Notes: generated by a model not told the origin, from the letters alone. DNA of 41,652 nt from an uncultured Gammaproteobacteria bacterium (GCA_964444625.1 CAYUHZ010000002.1:3338-44989); one strand, 5' to 3'. Shown: positions 17,400-27,872, counted from the stretch's first letter. A program made the numbers and translations.

Positions 17400-18329
17400 A
17401 AATTTTCTGATAACTTTTTCAATTTCATCATAACTATCAAGCCAAAATATTTTCCTCCCCTGCTTTTCCCAACGCCTGAACCAAGTCATTTGACGTTTGG
17501 CAAATTGTCTGATGGCAATATTCAATTGCTTAATCAGTTCTTCATAACAAATCTTTTTCTGCAAATACCTGCTTACAAAACGATATTCCAAACCGAAACT
17601 ATCAAGACGTTGCCAATCCAGGCCATTTTGGTGTAAATTTTCAACCTCTGATACTAGCCCTTGTCTTTCTAACCGCTGGCTCAATCTGTCTGCTATTTTT
17701 TGTTTTAGCTCTTCCCTATCGGGCGCAAGTCCAATCAATAAACAATCATATTTTGGATTCTGTTTAGAAATGTTTTTAATCTTATCGCCCGCCTTAAGGA
17801 TCTCTAAATATCTCACTAAACGACGTTTGTTTTTTCTATCGCTTTGACTTATTTTTTTTGCTAAATCGGGAGATAATTTTTTTATCTCTTCAAACAATGC
17901 TCTATCAGTTTTTTGTTCTAAGGTTTTCCGCCTATTCCAATCAGGGTTAACGGGGGTAAGCAAATAATTGTCAACGATAGCTTGCAAGTACAAACCGCTG
18001 CCACCTACCAAAATAGGCAATTTGCCGCGCTGTAAAATATCATCAATCGCCTTGAAAGCTAATCTCTGATAATCGGCTAAATTAAAATTCTGGTCAGGCG
18101 TTGCAACATCGATCAAGTAATAAGGCACGTGCGAAAGTTTATCAGTTTTTATTTGATACTCTTGTTTATCCTTACCCGTGCCAATATCCATGCCGCGATA
18201 AACTTGCCTGGAATCAGCACTGACAATCTCGCCATTAAACTTTATTGCCAAAGCAACGGCTATTTTTGTTTTACCGCTGGCCGTAGGACCGATAATTGCT
18301 ATTATTTTATTTTTATTTATTTTTTTCAT
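17382..18329 (-). CDS. miaA: tRNA dimethylallyltransferase
   Basis: 315 aa. IIGPTASGKT, SADSRQVYRGMDIGTGK, and GGSGLY. Its 3' end overlaps the gatB 3' end by 18 nt (convergent genes). Confidence 0.95.
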   Translation of the reverse strand: MKKINKNKIIAIIGPTASGKTKIAVALAIKFNGEIVSADSRQVYRGMDIGTGKDKQEYQIKTDKLSHVPYYLIDVATPDQNFNLADYQRLAFKAIDDILQRGKLPILVGGSGLYLQAIVDNYLLTPVNPDWNRRKTLEQKTDRALFEEIKKLSPDLAKKISQSDRKNKRRLVRYLEILKAGDKIKNISKQNPKYDCLLIGLAPDREELKQKIADRLSQRLERQGLVSEVENLHQNGLDWQRLDSFGLEYRFVSRYLQKKICYEELIKQLNIAIRQFAKRQMTWFRRWEKQGRKIFWLDSYDEIEKVIRKFLIFKK

Positions 18330-18390
18330 CTGAGAGTTGTTATTTAAAATTTTTAATAACTAACTATTTTATATAAATCCAATAATTATC

Positions 18391-19695
18391 TTATAATCCG
18401 CTATCTTGCTGTCTGCTGCCGACTAGGCCGAAGCTGGCGACCTGCCCTATCTTCACCATGACAAATTCTCCGGCTTTTATATTTTCCCCTGATTTTATTT
18501 TTACCACTTTATTAGTACCAGTTCTACCAAACCACTCTCCTTTTTTCCTTTCTTCCGCTAATACCTTGACTATTTTACCTAGATATTTTTCATTGTTTTT
18601 GAAAGCAGTTTTTTTCAGCTCAATATTCAAAATTTCTTCACGAATTTTTTTTTCTTTAGCGCTGACATTATCTTCAAACTTCGACGCTGCGGTGCCAGGC
18701 CTTGAACTGTATTGGGCCAAATAAGCCATATCAAATTGTGCCTGGTGAAACAATTTTTTAGAATTAGCAAATTGCTTCTTGTTCTCACCGGGAAATCCTA
18801 CGATAACATCGGTAGTTACTGCCAAATCAGGCATCAAGCTTTTCGCTTTATTTATTAAACCCAAATAATGGCTGGAAGTATAATGGCGATTCATTTTTTT
18901 CAAGATCTCATCGTCTCCGGATTGCGCCGGCAGATGGAGATGATGACAAACCTTTTGACAATTTGCCATCTTATTAATCATTTCATCGCTCATATCCTTG
19001 GGGTGGCTGGTAAAAAATCTGATCCAGAAATCTCCAGGAATATCATTGATTTTGCCCAGTAAATCCGAAAAATTAATATCCCTGCCGTTGATTCTACCTT
19101 GATAACTATTTACATTTTGGGCGATTAAATTGACCTCCTTATAACCGCGATCGACTAAATTTTTAGCTTCGTTTATTATTTCCTTGGCTGAACGATATAT
19201 TTCTTTTCCGCGAGCATACGGCACAACGCAATAAGAACAATAATTATCACAACCATTACCGATCGGGATGAAAGCGCTGAAATTTGAGGACATTTTCGGT
19301 TCAATTTTTAAATAGTCGCAACTGTTCTGATTATTGCTTCCTGGTCTTGTTGATAATGATTTTATCTTCGGAATATCCACTATGGGCAACCACTCGTCAA
19401 CCCATCTATCCAATCTTTTTTTTACATCGTCTCGATACACTAGGCAACCAGTTAAAATTATCTTCGCCTTTTTATTTCGTTTTTTGATTTCGGGAATTAA
19501 ACCGTAAGCCCGGTTTTCAGCTGATTGTCTGACGCCACAAGTATTAACAACTATCAAATCGGCCTGACTCCTTTCGTCAGACCGTTGGTAGCCGTTTTTT
19601 TCTAAAAATCCGGCAAATCTCTCGCTATCTGATTTGTTCATCTGGCAACCAATAGTGATGATATGGTATTTCTTGTTTGCCATGTCATTCTTCAA
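18391..19695 (-). CDS. miaB: tRNA-i6A37 methylthiotransferase (radical SAM MTTase)
   Basis: 434 aa. [16 protein letters not shown], radical-SAM [12 protein letters not shown], and a C-terminal TRAM domain. An alternative ATG at 19683 would remove the 11-nt overlap with dnaJ. Confidence 0.92.
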   Translation of the reverse strand: MKNDMANKKYHIITIGCQMNKSDSERFAGFLEKNGYQRSDERSQADLIVVNTCGVRQSAENRAYGLIPEIKKRNKKAKIILTGCLVYRDDVKKRLDRWVDEWLPIVDIPKIKSLSTRPGSNNQNSCDYLKIEPKMSSNFSAFIPIGNGCDNYCSYCVVPYARGKEIYRSAKEIINEAKNLVDRGYKEVNLIAQNVNSYQGRINGRDINFSDLLGKINDIPGDFWIRFFTSHPKDMSDEMINKMANCQKVCHHLHLPAQSGDDEILKKMNRHYTSSHYLGLINKAKSLMPDLAVTTDVIVGFPGENKKQFANSKKLFHQAQFDMAYLAQYSSRPGTAASKFEDNVSAKEKKIREEILNIELKKTAFKNNEKYLGKIVKVLAEERKKGEWFGRTGTNKVVKIKSGENIKAGEFVMVKIGQVASFGLVGSRQQDSGL

Positions 19696-20803
19696 GCTGT
19701 TTTAACAACTCTTTTTGTTTTTTGTTTAAATTGGTCGGGGTTTTGACAATAATTTCCACCATGTGATCGCCTCGTTTTACTCCGCCAAAAGCGCCTCGCT
19801 GGTTTAATACTGGCACCCCCTTGGCGCGTAAAATAAAAACTTTTCCCGATTGAGTGCCTTCGGGAATTTTTAAAGAAACTTCGCCATCAACAGATTGTAG
19901 GTCGATTTTCGCACCCAAGGCTGCCTGAGCAAAACTGATTTCGGCTTTTGATAAAATATTATAACCATCGCGAACAAAATTCTTATCAGATAAAACTCTG
20001 ATTTTTAAATACAAATCGCCGCTAGCCGAGTTCTTGGCTCCAGCTTCCCCCTGTCCAGACAGGCGAATAGTTTCACCATTATCAATTCCTGCTGGAATTT
20101 TAACCTTTAGCTTGACGCTGTCTTTGGTCAAGCCGGATCCTTGGCAATGAGAACACTGATGAGTAAAGATTTTTCCTTCGCCCGAACAATCGGGACAAAC
20201 GATTTGAGTTTGAATAGTGCCAAAAATCGTCCGCTGAGACCTCATTTGCCTGCCCGAACCGCGACAGGCAGAACAATTTTCTGCTTTACTGCCAGGCTCC
20301 GCTCCGATACCTTGGCAATGTTGGCATTTAACTGTTTTGGACAGGGAGATTTCTTTTTCCGTACCAAAAACTGCTTCAAGAAAATCAAGAGTCAAGATTG
20401 CTTCAATGTCTTTGCCTCTCCTATTTCGGTTTGAACTTCTTTGTGAGTGACCGCCGCCTGAGAAGCCGAACATATCGCCCAGACCACCAAATAAATCCCC
20501 TAAATCATCAGCATTAACATTAAAACCATTGGTAAAACCGGAAAAATCTCGAAAACCATCAAAACCTTGGAACCCACCGCCAGCTTGAGCATGTTCAAAA
20601 GAAGAGCCAAATTGGTCATATTGAGATCTTTTTTTGGCATCTCCCAAGACTTGATAAGCTTCATTAATTTCTTTAAATTTAGCTTCATTGCCACCTTTTT
20701 TATCAGGATGATGCTCGTGGGCTAATTTACGAAAAGCCTTTTTGATTTCTTCTTGATTGGCGTTTTTTTCCACACCCAATGTTTTGTAATAATCCTTGCC
20801 CAT
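19685..20803 (-). CDS. dnaJ: Molecular chaperone DnaJ
   Basis: 372 aa. J-domain with HPD, a G/F-rich linker, and four CxxCxGxG zinc motifs. Confidence 0.97.
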   Translation of the reverse strand: MGKDYYKTLGVEKNANQEEIKKAFRKLAHEHHPDKKGGNEAKFKEINEAYQVLGDAKKRSQYDQFGSSFEHAQAGGGFQGFDGFRDFSGFTNGFNVNADDLGDLFGGLGDMFGFSGGGHSQRSSNRNRRGKDIEAILTLDFLEAVFGTEKEISLSKTVKCQHCQGIGAEPGSKAENCSACRGSGRQMRSQRTIFGTIQTQIVCPDCSGEGKIFTHQCSHCQGSGLTKDSVKLKVKIPAGIDNGETIRLSGQGEAGAKNSASGDLYLKIRVLSDKNFVRDGYNILSKAEISFAQAALGAKIDLQSVDGEVSLKIPEGTQSGKVFILRAKGVPVLNQRGAFGGVKRGDHMVEIIVKTPTNLNKKQKELLKQLEE

Positions 20804-20819
20804 AAAATATTGCTTTTAT

Positions 20820-21101
20820 TTACAGATGAAAACCGATTTCTTTGTCTATATTTTCCGCTTCTTTAATTTGGCCGAATTGTTCTTCATATCTTTTTAAATT
20901 TTCGTTCATCGCGTTAACCAAGCGCTTGAAATGGCCGGGACTGGTGATGACTTTTGCCACCACTCTGCCGGAAGGAGGCAGCACGTTGGAAAATACCAAT
21001 TGAAACTCTTCTTTATTGTGGTTAATATGGGCCAAATTAGCATATTCAGCTCCAGGGATACTATCAGCAATTTTTATTTCGTTGGGTTGTTGATTGGACA
21101 T
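20820..21101 (-). CDS. DUF3467-family small protein located between dnaK and dnaJ
   Basis: 93 aa. GAEYANLAHINHNKEEFQLVF...GRVVAKVITSPGHFKRLVNAMNENLKRYEEQFGQI fits the DUF3467 pattern. Confidence 0.75.
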   Translation of the reverse strand: MSNQQPNEIKIADSIPGAEYANLAHINHNKEEFQLVFSNVLPPSGRVVAKVITSPGHFKRLVNAMNENLKRYEEQFGQIKEAENIDKEIGFHL

Positions 21102-21111
21102 ATTAAATGTA

Positions 21112-21141
21112 TTTTGGCGGAGCTTTTAAGCTCCGCCAAAA
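21112..21141 (-). terminator. Strong stem-loop between dnaK and the DUF3467-dnaJ genes (partial terminator or attenuator)
   Basis: Near-perfect palindrome ttttggcggagctt tt aagctccgccaaaa, located 26 nt after the dnaK stop. Confidence 0.6.
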
Positions 21142-21166
21142 TTTTAACTTATATTAATATAGCTTG

Positions 21167-23086
21167 TTACTTTTTTTCTTCAAATTCACCTTCTACCGGT
21201 TCCTGTTTCGGGCCTTGGTCCGTTTGTTCCGCACCTGTCTGACCGCCAGATCCAGCCTCAGATTGAGCGCCAGGAGCGCTTTGAGCTTGCTGTTGGTACA
21301 TGGCTGCGCCTATTTTCTGAGCTACTTGATTTAGCTCATCCATCTTGCTTTTCATTTCATCATATTGATCAGAGTCTTTCACCTTCTTCAATGCTTCTAA
21401 TTTTTCTTCTAATTCTTTCTTGTCTTCCGGTTTCATTTTCTCGCCCGATTCCTTGATCAATTTTTCAGTTTGGAACACCACGGCTTCTGCCATATTTTTA
21501 ATTTCAATTTGTTCTTTTTTCTTCTTATCTTCATCAGCGTGAAGCTCGGCTTCTTTTTTCATCTTTTCCACTTCTTCCTTTGATAAACCGGAAGAAGAAG
21601 TGATGGTTATTTTTTGCACGCGATTCGTCGCTTTATCTTTGGCGCTAACATTCAAGATTCCATTGGCATCAAGATCGAAGCTAACTTCAACCTGCGGAAC
21701 GCCACGCGGCGCCGGAGGAATGCCATCCAAAATAAATCTGCCCAACGTCTTATTATCTGAAGCCATCGGCCTCTCGCCTTGCAAAACGTGAATTTCCACG
21801 CTACTTTGGCTATCGGCAGCTGTAGAAAAAATTTGAGATTTGGATGTAGGAATAGTGGTGTTTCTCTCAATCAAAGGAGTGGCGACTCCACCGAGGGTTT
21901 CAATGCCCAAAGTAAGCGGAGTAACATCCAAGAGCAACACATCCTTAACATCACCCTGGAGTACGCCCGCCTGGACTGCCGCGCCAAGGGCAACCACTTC
22001 ATCGGGGTTTACACCCAAGTGTGGCTCCTTGCCGAAAAATTCTTTTACTTTCTGCTGTACCAAGGGCATACGCGTCATACCGCCGACCATAATAATTTCC
22101 TCCAAATCGCTAGCTGTCAAACCGGCATCTTTGAGCGCCGCTTGACAAGGCTCAATGGTTTTCGCCACCAAGTCTCCAACTAATTCTTCCAATTTTGCCC
22201 TGGACATTTTCATTACTAAGTGTTTCGGTCCGTTGGCATCGACTGAAATAAAAGGCTGGTTAATTTCAGTTTCCATGGTGGTTGAAAGCTCAATTTTAGC
22301 CTTTTCCGCAGCTTCCTTGATTCGCTGCAAAGCCAGAGTATCTTTTGACAAGTCCAACCCTTGATCTTTTTTAAACTCACCGATAATCCAATTGATTATC
22401 CGCTGATCAAAGTCTTCTCCGCCCAAGTGGGTATTGCCGTTAGTTGATTTCACTTCAACCGTATCTTCGCTTACATCCAAAACCGATATGTCAAAAGTGC
22501 CTCCGCCCAAATCATAAACGGCGATCTGTTGCCCTTTCTTCTTTTCAAAACCGTAGGCCAAAGCGGCCGCTGTCGGTTCGTTGATAATTCGCTTGACCTC
22601 AAGTCCTGCAATCTTGCCCGCGTCCTTTGTTGCCTGACGCTGGGAATCATCGAAATAGGCCGGCACAGTAATGACCGCTTCGGTAATTTTTTCTCCGATG
22701 CGAGCTTCGGCGTCTGCTTTTAATTTAGAAAGTATCATCGCAGAAACTTCTTGCGGGGTATATTCCTTGCCGCTTATCAATACCTTCACTCCGCCGTTGG
22801 CTTTAACGATTTTGTAGGGCATAACTTTCAAATCTCGCTGTATTTCCTCATCTTCAAAACGACGCCCGATCAGCCTCTTGACTGAATAAACCGTATTTTC
22901 CGGATTGGTCACGGCTTGACGCTTAGCAGACTGTCCAACTAAACGCTCGCCATTTTTGGATACAGCAACAATCGAGGGAGTTGTCCTGGCTCCTTCTGAA
23001 TTCTCCAAGATCTTCGGCTGGCCACCTTCGATAATTGCCATAGCACAATTGGTAGTGCCAAGATCAATGCCTAATATTTTGCTCAT
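21167..23086 (-). CDS. dnaK: Molecular chaperone DnaK (Hsp70)
   Basis: 639 aa. [20 protein letters not shown], and VGGMTRMP. Confidence 0.98.
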   Translation of the reverse strand: MSKILGIDLGTTNCAMAIIEGGQPKILENSEGARTTPSIVAVSKNGERLVGQSAKRQAVTNPENTVYSVKRLIGRRFEDEEIQRDLKVMPYKIVKANGGVKVLISGKEYTPQEVSAMILSKLKADAEARIGEKITEAVITVPAYFDDSQRQATKDAGKIAGLEVKRIINEPTAAALAYGFEKKKGQQIAVYDLGGGTFDISVLDVSEDTVEVKSTNGNTHLGGEDFDQRIINWIIGEFKKDQGLDLSKDTLALQRIKEAAEKAKIELSTTMETEINQPFISVDANGPKHLVMKMSRAKLEELVGDLVAKTIEPCQAALKDAGLTASDLEEIIMVGGMTRMPLVQQKVKEFFGKEPHLGVNPDEVVALGAAVQAGVLQGDVKDVLLLDVTPLTLGIETLGGVATPLIERNTTIPTSKSQIFSTAADSQSSVEIHVLQGERPMASDNKTLGRFILDGIPPAPRGVPQVEVSFDLDANGILNVSAKDKATNRVQKITITSSSGLSKEEVEKMKKEAELHADEDKKKKEQIEIKNMAEAVVFQTEKLIKESGEKMKPEDKKELEEKLEALKKVKDSDQYDEMKSKMDELNQVAQKIGAAMYQQQAQSAPGAQSEAGSGGQTGAEQTDQGPKQEPVEGEFEEKK

Positions 23087-23154
23087 ATTATTTTACTTTA
23101 TAATTTTGACTTTAAGATTTAAATCTAAAAATCAATGCTTAATTATATTAAATT

Positions 23155-23293
23155 CTTCCCGCTCACCGCACAAGCCTTGCCACTGATAATATCGGTATCT
23201 CCATACCAGCTTAATCTCGGCAGGAATTTGCGCAGTTAACGGGAAGCTTGACCCCCTATCTCGCTATTAAATAGAGATTTATCGGGGGTCAAG
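23155..23293 (-). other. Two adjacent GC-enriched stem-loop modules in the hsp20-dnaK spacer
   Basis: Module 1 has closing stem cttcccg (23155-23161) / cgggaag (23240-23246) with an inner ggtat-ctcc-atacc hairpin. Module 2 has a 10-bp stem cttgaccccc (23247-23256) / gggggtcaag (23284-23293) with an inner atctc/gagat extension. Module 2 starts 3 nt after the hsp20 stop and no U-tract follows it. Confidence 0.5.
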
Positions 23294-23295
23294 TG

Positions 23296-23730
23296 TTATT
23301 TTTTCTTAGTTTCAATCTTGATAGTCTTCGGCTTTGCTTCAGGAGCTTTTGGAATTATAATTTTCAATACTCCGTCCTCCGCCGCTGCTTTGGCGCTATC
23401 GCCCAAGACATGGGTCGGTAAAGGAATGCTTCGGTAGAAGCTGCCGCGCCTGATTTCTTTGCGGTAATAATTCTTGTCTTCTACTTCGCTCTTTTTTTCG
23501 CTTTCGCCCTTGATTGTTAAAACGTCATTTTCAATGGAAATATTAACATTTTCCGGATCAATGCCAGCCAATTGAGATTCGATGATGACATTTTCTTTGT
23601 CTTCATACATATCAACCGCGGGAACGAATCCGCTTTGGGCGCCGCGTAGAATCGGCGAAAAATCAGAAAACATTTTATCCATTTCTTCAAATTGTTCAAG
23701 AAATGGAGTCCATTTGATTAGTGGTGACAT
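23296..23730 (-). CDS. hsp20: Small heat-shock protein (Hsp20/alpha-crystallin family)
   Basis: 144 aa. PAVDMYEDKENVIIESQLAGIDPENVNISIENDVLTIKGE...GVLKIIIPK. Confidence 0.93.
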   Translation of the reverse strand: MSPLIKWTPFLEQFEEMDKMFSDFSPILRGAQSGFVPAVDMYEDKENVIIESQLAGIDPENVNISIENDVLTIKGESEKKSEVEDKNYYRKEIRRGSFYRSIPLPTHVLGDSAKAAAEDGVLKIIIPKAPEAKPKTIKIETKKK

Positions 23731-23799
23731 AAATTTATTCTCCTTTCACTACCAAATTTCAAAAAAATCCGGTAGTAATTAAAATTATAATTAAAATAA

Positions 23800-24471
23800 T
23801 TATTTTTTGGTTATATATACCGCTACCTTGGCCGGAATGATTACCTTTCCATGCAATTTATAGCCCGACTTTATCTCCTTGGCTACAATATTATCAAGCT
23901 TTTTATCATCCGTTTCCTCGTTATTAACCGCTTCCATGGTAAGATGGTCAAATTTTTTGCCGGTTGCTTCAATCTCCTCAACCCCAAAATTGATTAATAT
24001 ATCTTTAAACTGCTTGATAATATATTTTACTCCCTCTATCCAGCCGTTGGTATCGAGCTGTTCATTGGAATGGATCAAGGAAATCTTCATATTATCGTAT
24101 ACCGGCAAAATTTCCATAATAAAATTTTCGTTAGCGTACTTAGCAAATTCTAATTTGTCTTTGACAGTCTGTTTCATTAAATTTTGATAATCGGCCAAGG
24201 CTCGTTTAAATTTATCCTCAAAATTCTCCCTATCTTCATCAATTATCTCTGACACAAACTCAAATCTTGGTTTTTTTTCACCATCAACTTCAACGAAACT
24301 TTCAAAAAGTTTTTTCGGCCTTATCCAAATCTTTCTTTCACCAACGGCATGGTAGATCGCCATTTCTTCTTTTGTTTCGCTATTTACTCCTGTATATAAT
24401 ACTTGATAATTCTTATTTTTGTAGTGCCGATAGATACCGGGCTTGATTTCTTGATTTAATTCTTGAGACAT
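23800..24471 (-). CDS. grpE: DUF1653 domain fused to a GrpE nucleotide-exchange-factor core
   Basis: 223 aa. Residues ~10-74, GIYRHYKNKNYQVLYTGVNSETKEEMAIYHAV..IWIRPKKLFESFVEVDGEKKPRFEFV, fit the DUF1653 pattern. Residues ~84-221, RALADYQNL..ILPVYDN..FDHLTMEAV..GYKLHGKVIIPAKVAV, form the GrpE core. Confidence 0.85.
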   Translation of the reverse strand: MSQELNQEIKPGIYRHYKNKNYQVLYTGVNSETKEEMAIYHAVGERKIWIRPKKLFESFVEVDGEKKPRFEFVSEIIDEDRENFEDKFKRALADYQNLMKQTVKDKLEFAKYANENFIMEILPVYDNMKISLIHSNEQLDTNGWIEGVKYIIKQFKDILINFGVEEIEATGKKFDHLTMEAVNNEETDDKKLDNIVAKEIKSGYKLHGKVIIPAKVAVYITKK

Positions 24472-24497
24472 AGCTGTCTTGTTAACTGCCGGAAAGA

Positions 24498-25184
24498 TTA
24501 ATGTCTAACCAGCTGATTGTTTATAAATTTTACTAAAGCCAGATTTTTTTCATAGTTCATTCTCATCGGACCTAAGATCCCGAATAAACCGGTATGTTCG
24601 CCTAATTGGTATTTGGTTAAAATGGTACTGCAAAAATTTCCAAAAGGGTTGTTTGAACCGAGCATAATCTGAATCTCTTGAGGCAGTTGGTCAAAAATAT
24701 TATCAATAATCTCATCCACTCGATCAATCACCTCGGAGATGTCCATGATTAAATTGGATTGCGCGAATTCAGGCTGTGACAACAAATTGGAAATTCCGGT
24801 ATAATAGAGATTGTGGCGATGAAAAGCCCAAAAAACTGCGTTATTGGAAAAATGAGCCAAAACTTTTGCTGTTTGTTTGATGCCTGCTTCAGTCTGATCG
24901 GACATGGCTGTTTGCAACTGCTTGATTTCGACGGGACTTAATTTTTTTTCTATCAAATTATCAACAAAAAAATTATAAGCTTTTTCCGTTGGAATCCTGC
25001 CGGCCGAAGTATATGGTTGGGCAATGTAGCCTTCATCCTCCAAATCAGACATTTCATTGCGCACCGTAGCCGGAGAGATTCCTAAATTATATTTTTCCAC
25101 CACCAACTCAGATCCAACTGGCGCAGCAGTTTTGATATGTTCCTTGATGATTATCTGCAATAATTTTTCTTTCCTTTGTTCCAT
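24498..25184 (-). CDS. hrcA: Heat-inducible transcription repressor HrcA (short form, 228 aa)
   Basis: N-terminal wHTH APVGSELVVEKYNLGISPATVRNEMSDLEDEGYI..PYTSAGRIPT. C-terminal GILGPMRMNYEK. SD AAGGAAGAG upstream. Confidence 0.9.
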   Translation of the reverse strand: MEQRKEKLLQIIIKEHIKTAAPVGSELVVEKYNLGISPATVRNEMSDLEDEGYIAQPYTSAGRIPTEKAYNFFVDNLIEKKLSPVEIKQLQTAMSDQTEAGIKQTAKVLAHFSNNAVFWAFHRHNLYYTGISNLLSQPEFAQSNLIMDISEVIDRVDEIIDNIFDQLPQEIQIMLGSNNPFGNFCSTILTKYQLGEHTGLFGILGPMRMNYEKNLALVKFINNQLVRH

Positions 25185-25228
25185 ATAATTCTCTTCCTTA
25201 ATCTTTTACAATTTACAGTTTATCATTT

Positions 25229-25255
25229 TTAGCACTCAAGTGTCAAGAGTGCTAA
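25229..25255 (-). promoter_or_regulatory. CIRCE operator (HrcA binding site)
   Basis: Perfect consensus TTAGCACTC-N9-GAGTGCTAA (ttagcactc aagtgtcaa gagtgctaa), located 45 nt upstream of the hrcA start. Confidence 0.95.
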
Positions 25256-25333
25256 AAATAATTTTTTTTTATCAAAAATTAGCAAAAAAAATTGGCAATA
25301 TTACCAATAAAAAATTACTGCCAACAAATCACT

Positions 25334-27328
25334 TTATTTTATAAGCGTCTTGCTGCTGGTCGCTTGATCCTGGTTAAAATACCAATCAATGAACTCCCCA
25401 GCGACTGGTACGGCATTACTGCTTCCCTCTTCCCCTTCTTCTATCAATACAGTAATGGCAATCCGAGGCTGATCAAAAGGGGCAAAACCGGTAAACCAAG
25501 CGTGATTAGCTTTTTTGCTTGACCACTGAGCGGTACCAGTTTTTCCAGCAACTGCAACCGATAAATTTAATAAACTGCGCGCACTGCCAGAGGTAACTGT
25601 TTGCCTCATGCCCTGTCTGACAATATCAATATTCTGTTTTTTAATAAAATCTTTTTTAATAATATAATCGCCTTGGCCAAGATTTATTTTGTTGCCATTC
25701 GCATCAAGGATGTCTTTGACGATATGGGGGCGAAATAAAGTTCCGCCATTAGCAAAAAAAGCGGTGAAATTTGCGACTTGCAAAGGGGTAACCAACAAAT
25801 CGCCTTGCCCAATTGACACATGATAAGTATCGCCGATATACCAGGCTTCTTTTTTTATTTCTTCCTTCCATTTAGCGCTTGGCACGAAACCCTTTGCCTC
25901 GCCAGGCATATCAACTCCCAGTTGCGATCCTAGGCCGAAAAGTTTGGCATAATTTTCTATCCTTTCTATGCCCAAGCCCCTGAAATTATTATAACCGCCT
26001 CCGATATAATAAAAAAAAGTATTAACCGATTCTGCGATAGCTTTACTAACATTTGTTTGGCCATGCCCGCCAGCTTTCCAGTCGGGGAAAAACCACTGAC
26101 CGATTCTGATGCCACCGTTGCTTGGAATACTGGTGTTTTCGTTGATAATTCCATCCTCTAACCCGGCGACGGCGATAACGGGTTTAATAGTTGAGCCGGA
26201 AGGATATTCGCCATTGATTGCCCTGTTAAAAAGGGGTTTGTCTTGATTTTCAATTAACGCTTGAAAATCTTTCACGCTCATTCCGATTGAAAAACTGTTG
26301 CTATTGAAAGTCGGCAAATTGACTTGCGCGATAATTTCTCCGTTTTGCGGGTTTATAACTATTGCTACCGCTTTAGTTAAATTCAATTTGTCTAACTGGA
26401 CAGCGATGATTTCTTCCAGCTTGTTTTGCGCCGCAGAATCAATAGACAAAACTAGATCGTGGCCGTCTTGGGCTTTTTCCTGATTTATAACTTTTTTTTC
26501 CTTACCCAGGGCATCAACCTCGATTTGTTTTTTGCCATTAACGCCTTTCAATTCATTTTCCCAGAAATTTTCAATTCCCATTTTCCCCAGATAATCAATC
26601 AAAGAGTACTCCTGCCCAAATTTTGCTAATTCTTGCTCGTTTATTTTTCCGGTATAACCGATAATATGAGACAAGGATTGAGCTGAAAATAGATAGTCGC
26701 GCCTACTCTTGGTGGTTAGAATTACGCCCGGCATTTCGCTTGAAATCAAATAAAGTTTCATAGCATTGTCATAAGGGATGTTGTCAGCGATAAATAAAGG
26801 CTGGTATGAATCCAATGACCCCGGCTTAACTCGAGAAAGAAGTTCATAAATATTATCGGCGCTTGTTTCCAAAATTTTACTAACAGTTTCAATTATTTTA
26901 CCTTGCTCGGCAGGCTCGCTTGGCAAATCAGAGGGCACGAAATACATTAAAAAATTTGGAGCGTTCCTAACTAATGGTTGGCGGTTGCGATCATAGATCA
27001 CCCCTCGTTTTGCCTCGACCCGAACTATTCTAATTCGGTTTCCTTCCGCCAAATCATAATAATACTCTCCCTTTACAATTTGCAACCAAGCCGAACGAGC
27101 TATTAACATTGAAAGAAAGAAAAAAAACAACAGCGCTAATTTCGGCAATAATGACGAATTGAAATTCTTGCCAATCAGTTCAAAGTCTTGCGAATTTTGA
27201 GCAAAAATTTGTTCGGTCCAATTTAACCGATAGCCCAACTTCAACTTCTTGTCTTTATTGTTGCCTGGTTGTATTAAAAAGGGGTCGCCAGATTGCTTGC
27301 GATTTTTTTGTAAAAAAATATTAAACAT
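25334..27328 (-). CDS. mrdA: Penicillin-binding protein 2 (elongasome transpeptidase)
   Basis: 664 aa. N-terminal TM segment, PBP dimerisation domain, SGSTIKP (SxxK) and KTGTA motifs. Gene order mreBCD-PBP2. Confidence 0.93.
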   Translation of the reverse strand: MFNIFLQKNRKQSGDPFLIQPGNNKDKKLKLGYRLNWTEQIFAQNSQDFELIGKNFNSSLLPKLALLFFFFLSMLIARSAWLQIVKGEYYYDLAEGNRIRIVRVEAKRGVIYDRNRQPLVRNAPNFLMYFVPSDLPSEPAEQGKIIETVSKILETSADNIYELLSRVKPGSLDSYQPLFIADNIPYDNAMKLYLISSEMPGVILTTKSRRDYLFSAQSLSHIIGYTGKINEQELAKFGQEYSLIDYLGKMGIENFWENELKGVNGKKQIEVDALGKEKKVINQEKAQDGHDLVLSIDSAAQNKLEEIIAVQLDKLNLTKAVAIVINPQNGEIIAQVNLPTFNSNSFSIGMSVKDFQALIENQDKPLFNRAINGEYPSGSTIKPVIAVAGLEDGIINENTSIPSNGGIRIGQWFFPDWKAGGHGQTNVSKAIAESVNTFFYYIGGGYNNFRGLGIERIENYAKLFGLGSQLGVDMPGEAKGFVPSAKWKEEIKKEAWYIGDTYHVSIGQGDLLVTPLQVANFTAFFANGGTLFRPHIVKDILDANGNKINLGQGDYIIKKDFIKKQNIDIVRQGMRQTVTSGSARSLLNLSVAVAGKTGTAQWSSKKANHAWFTGFAPFDQPRIAITVLIEEGEEGSSNAVPVAGEFIDWYFNQDQATSSKTLIK

Positions 27329-27331
27329 AAT

Positions 27332-27868
27332 TTACTTGGTTCGGTTTACCAAAAAAAATGGCTTTAATCTTTGGCTGATGAAATTAAATAAATAGAAGAA
27401 AATAATGGTAACCAGAAGGTTGACTATGATTTGAAAAAAAACTGCCAAGAACATATCAATTAAATTTCTTGGCGAAAAAATCGTTTTACCTAAAAATACA
27501 TTAAGATAATTTATGGCGGAATTTAACAAGAAAAAAAACAAAGTTGAAAATGAAACCAGCGCCAAAAAAGTATAAAGCGAACGATTGGTAAAAAAATTAT
27601 TCAACAGAAAATAAGCAAATAAAGTTGTTGCGACCAATGCCAAGGTTAGCGAGCCAAAAGGCAAAAATGAAAAAAGATCTAATATTAATCCAATGAATAA
27701 CGCCCATAAAACCGCTAACTTAAAAGCAAAAGTCGCCAAGATAAAAACTAAGACAACTAAAACTATATTTATTTGACTAAACCAAACTGGCAAGCTGCTA
27801 ATAAGAGATAACTGTATCAGCCCCAGAAAACTGATTAAAAAAACATTGGCAAGAATTTTTCCTATCAT
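27332..27868 (-). CDS. mreD: Rod shape-determining protein MreD
   Basis: 178-aa polytopic membrane protein directly downstream of mreC. The call rests mainly on position. Confidence 0.75.
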   Translation of the reverse strand: MIGKILANVFLISFLGLIQLSLISSLPVWFSQINIVLVVLVFILATFAFKLAVLWALFIGLILDLFSFLPFGSLTLALVATTLFAYFLLNNFFTNRSLYTFLALVSFSTLFFFLLNSAINYLNVFLGKTIFSPRNLIDMFLAVFFQIIVNLLVTIIFFYLFNFISQRLKPFFLVNRTK

Positions 27869-27872
27869 AAAA

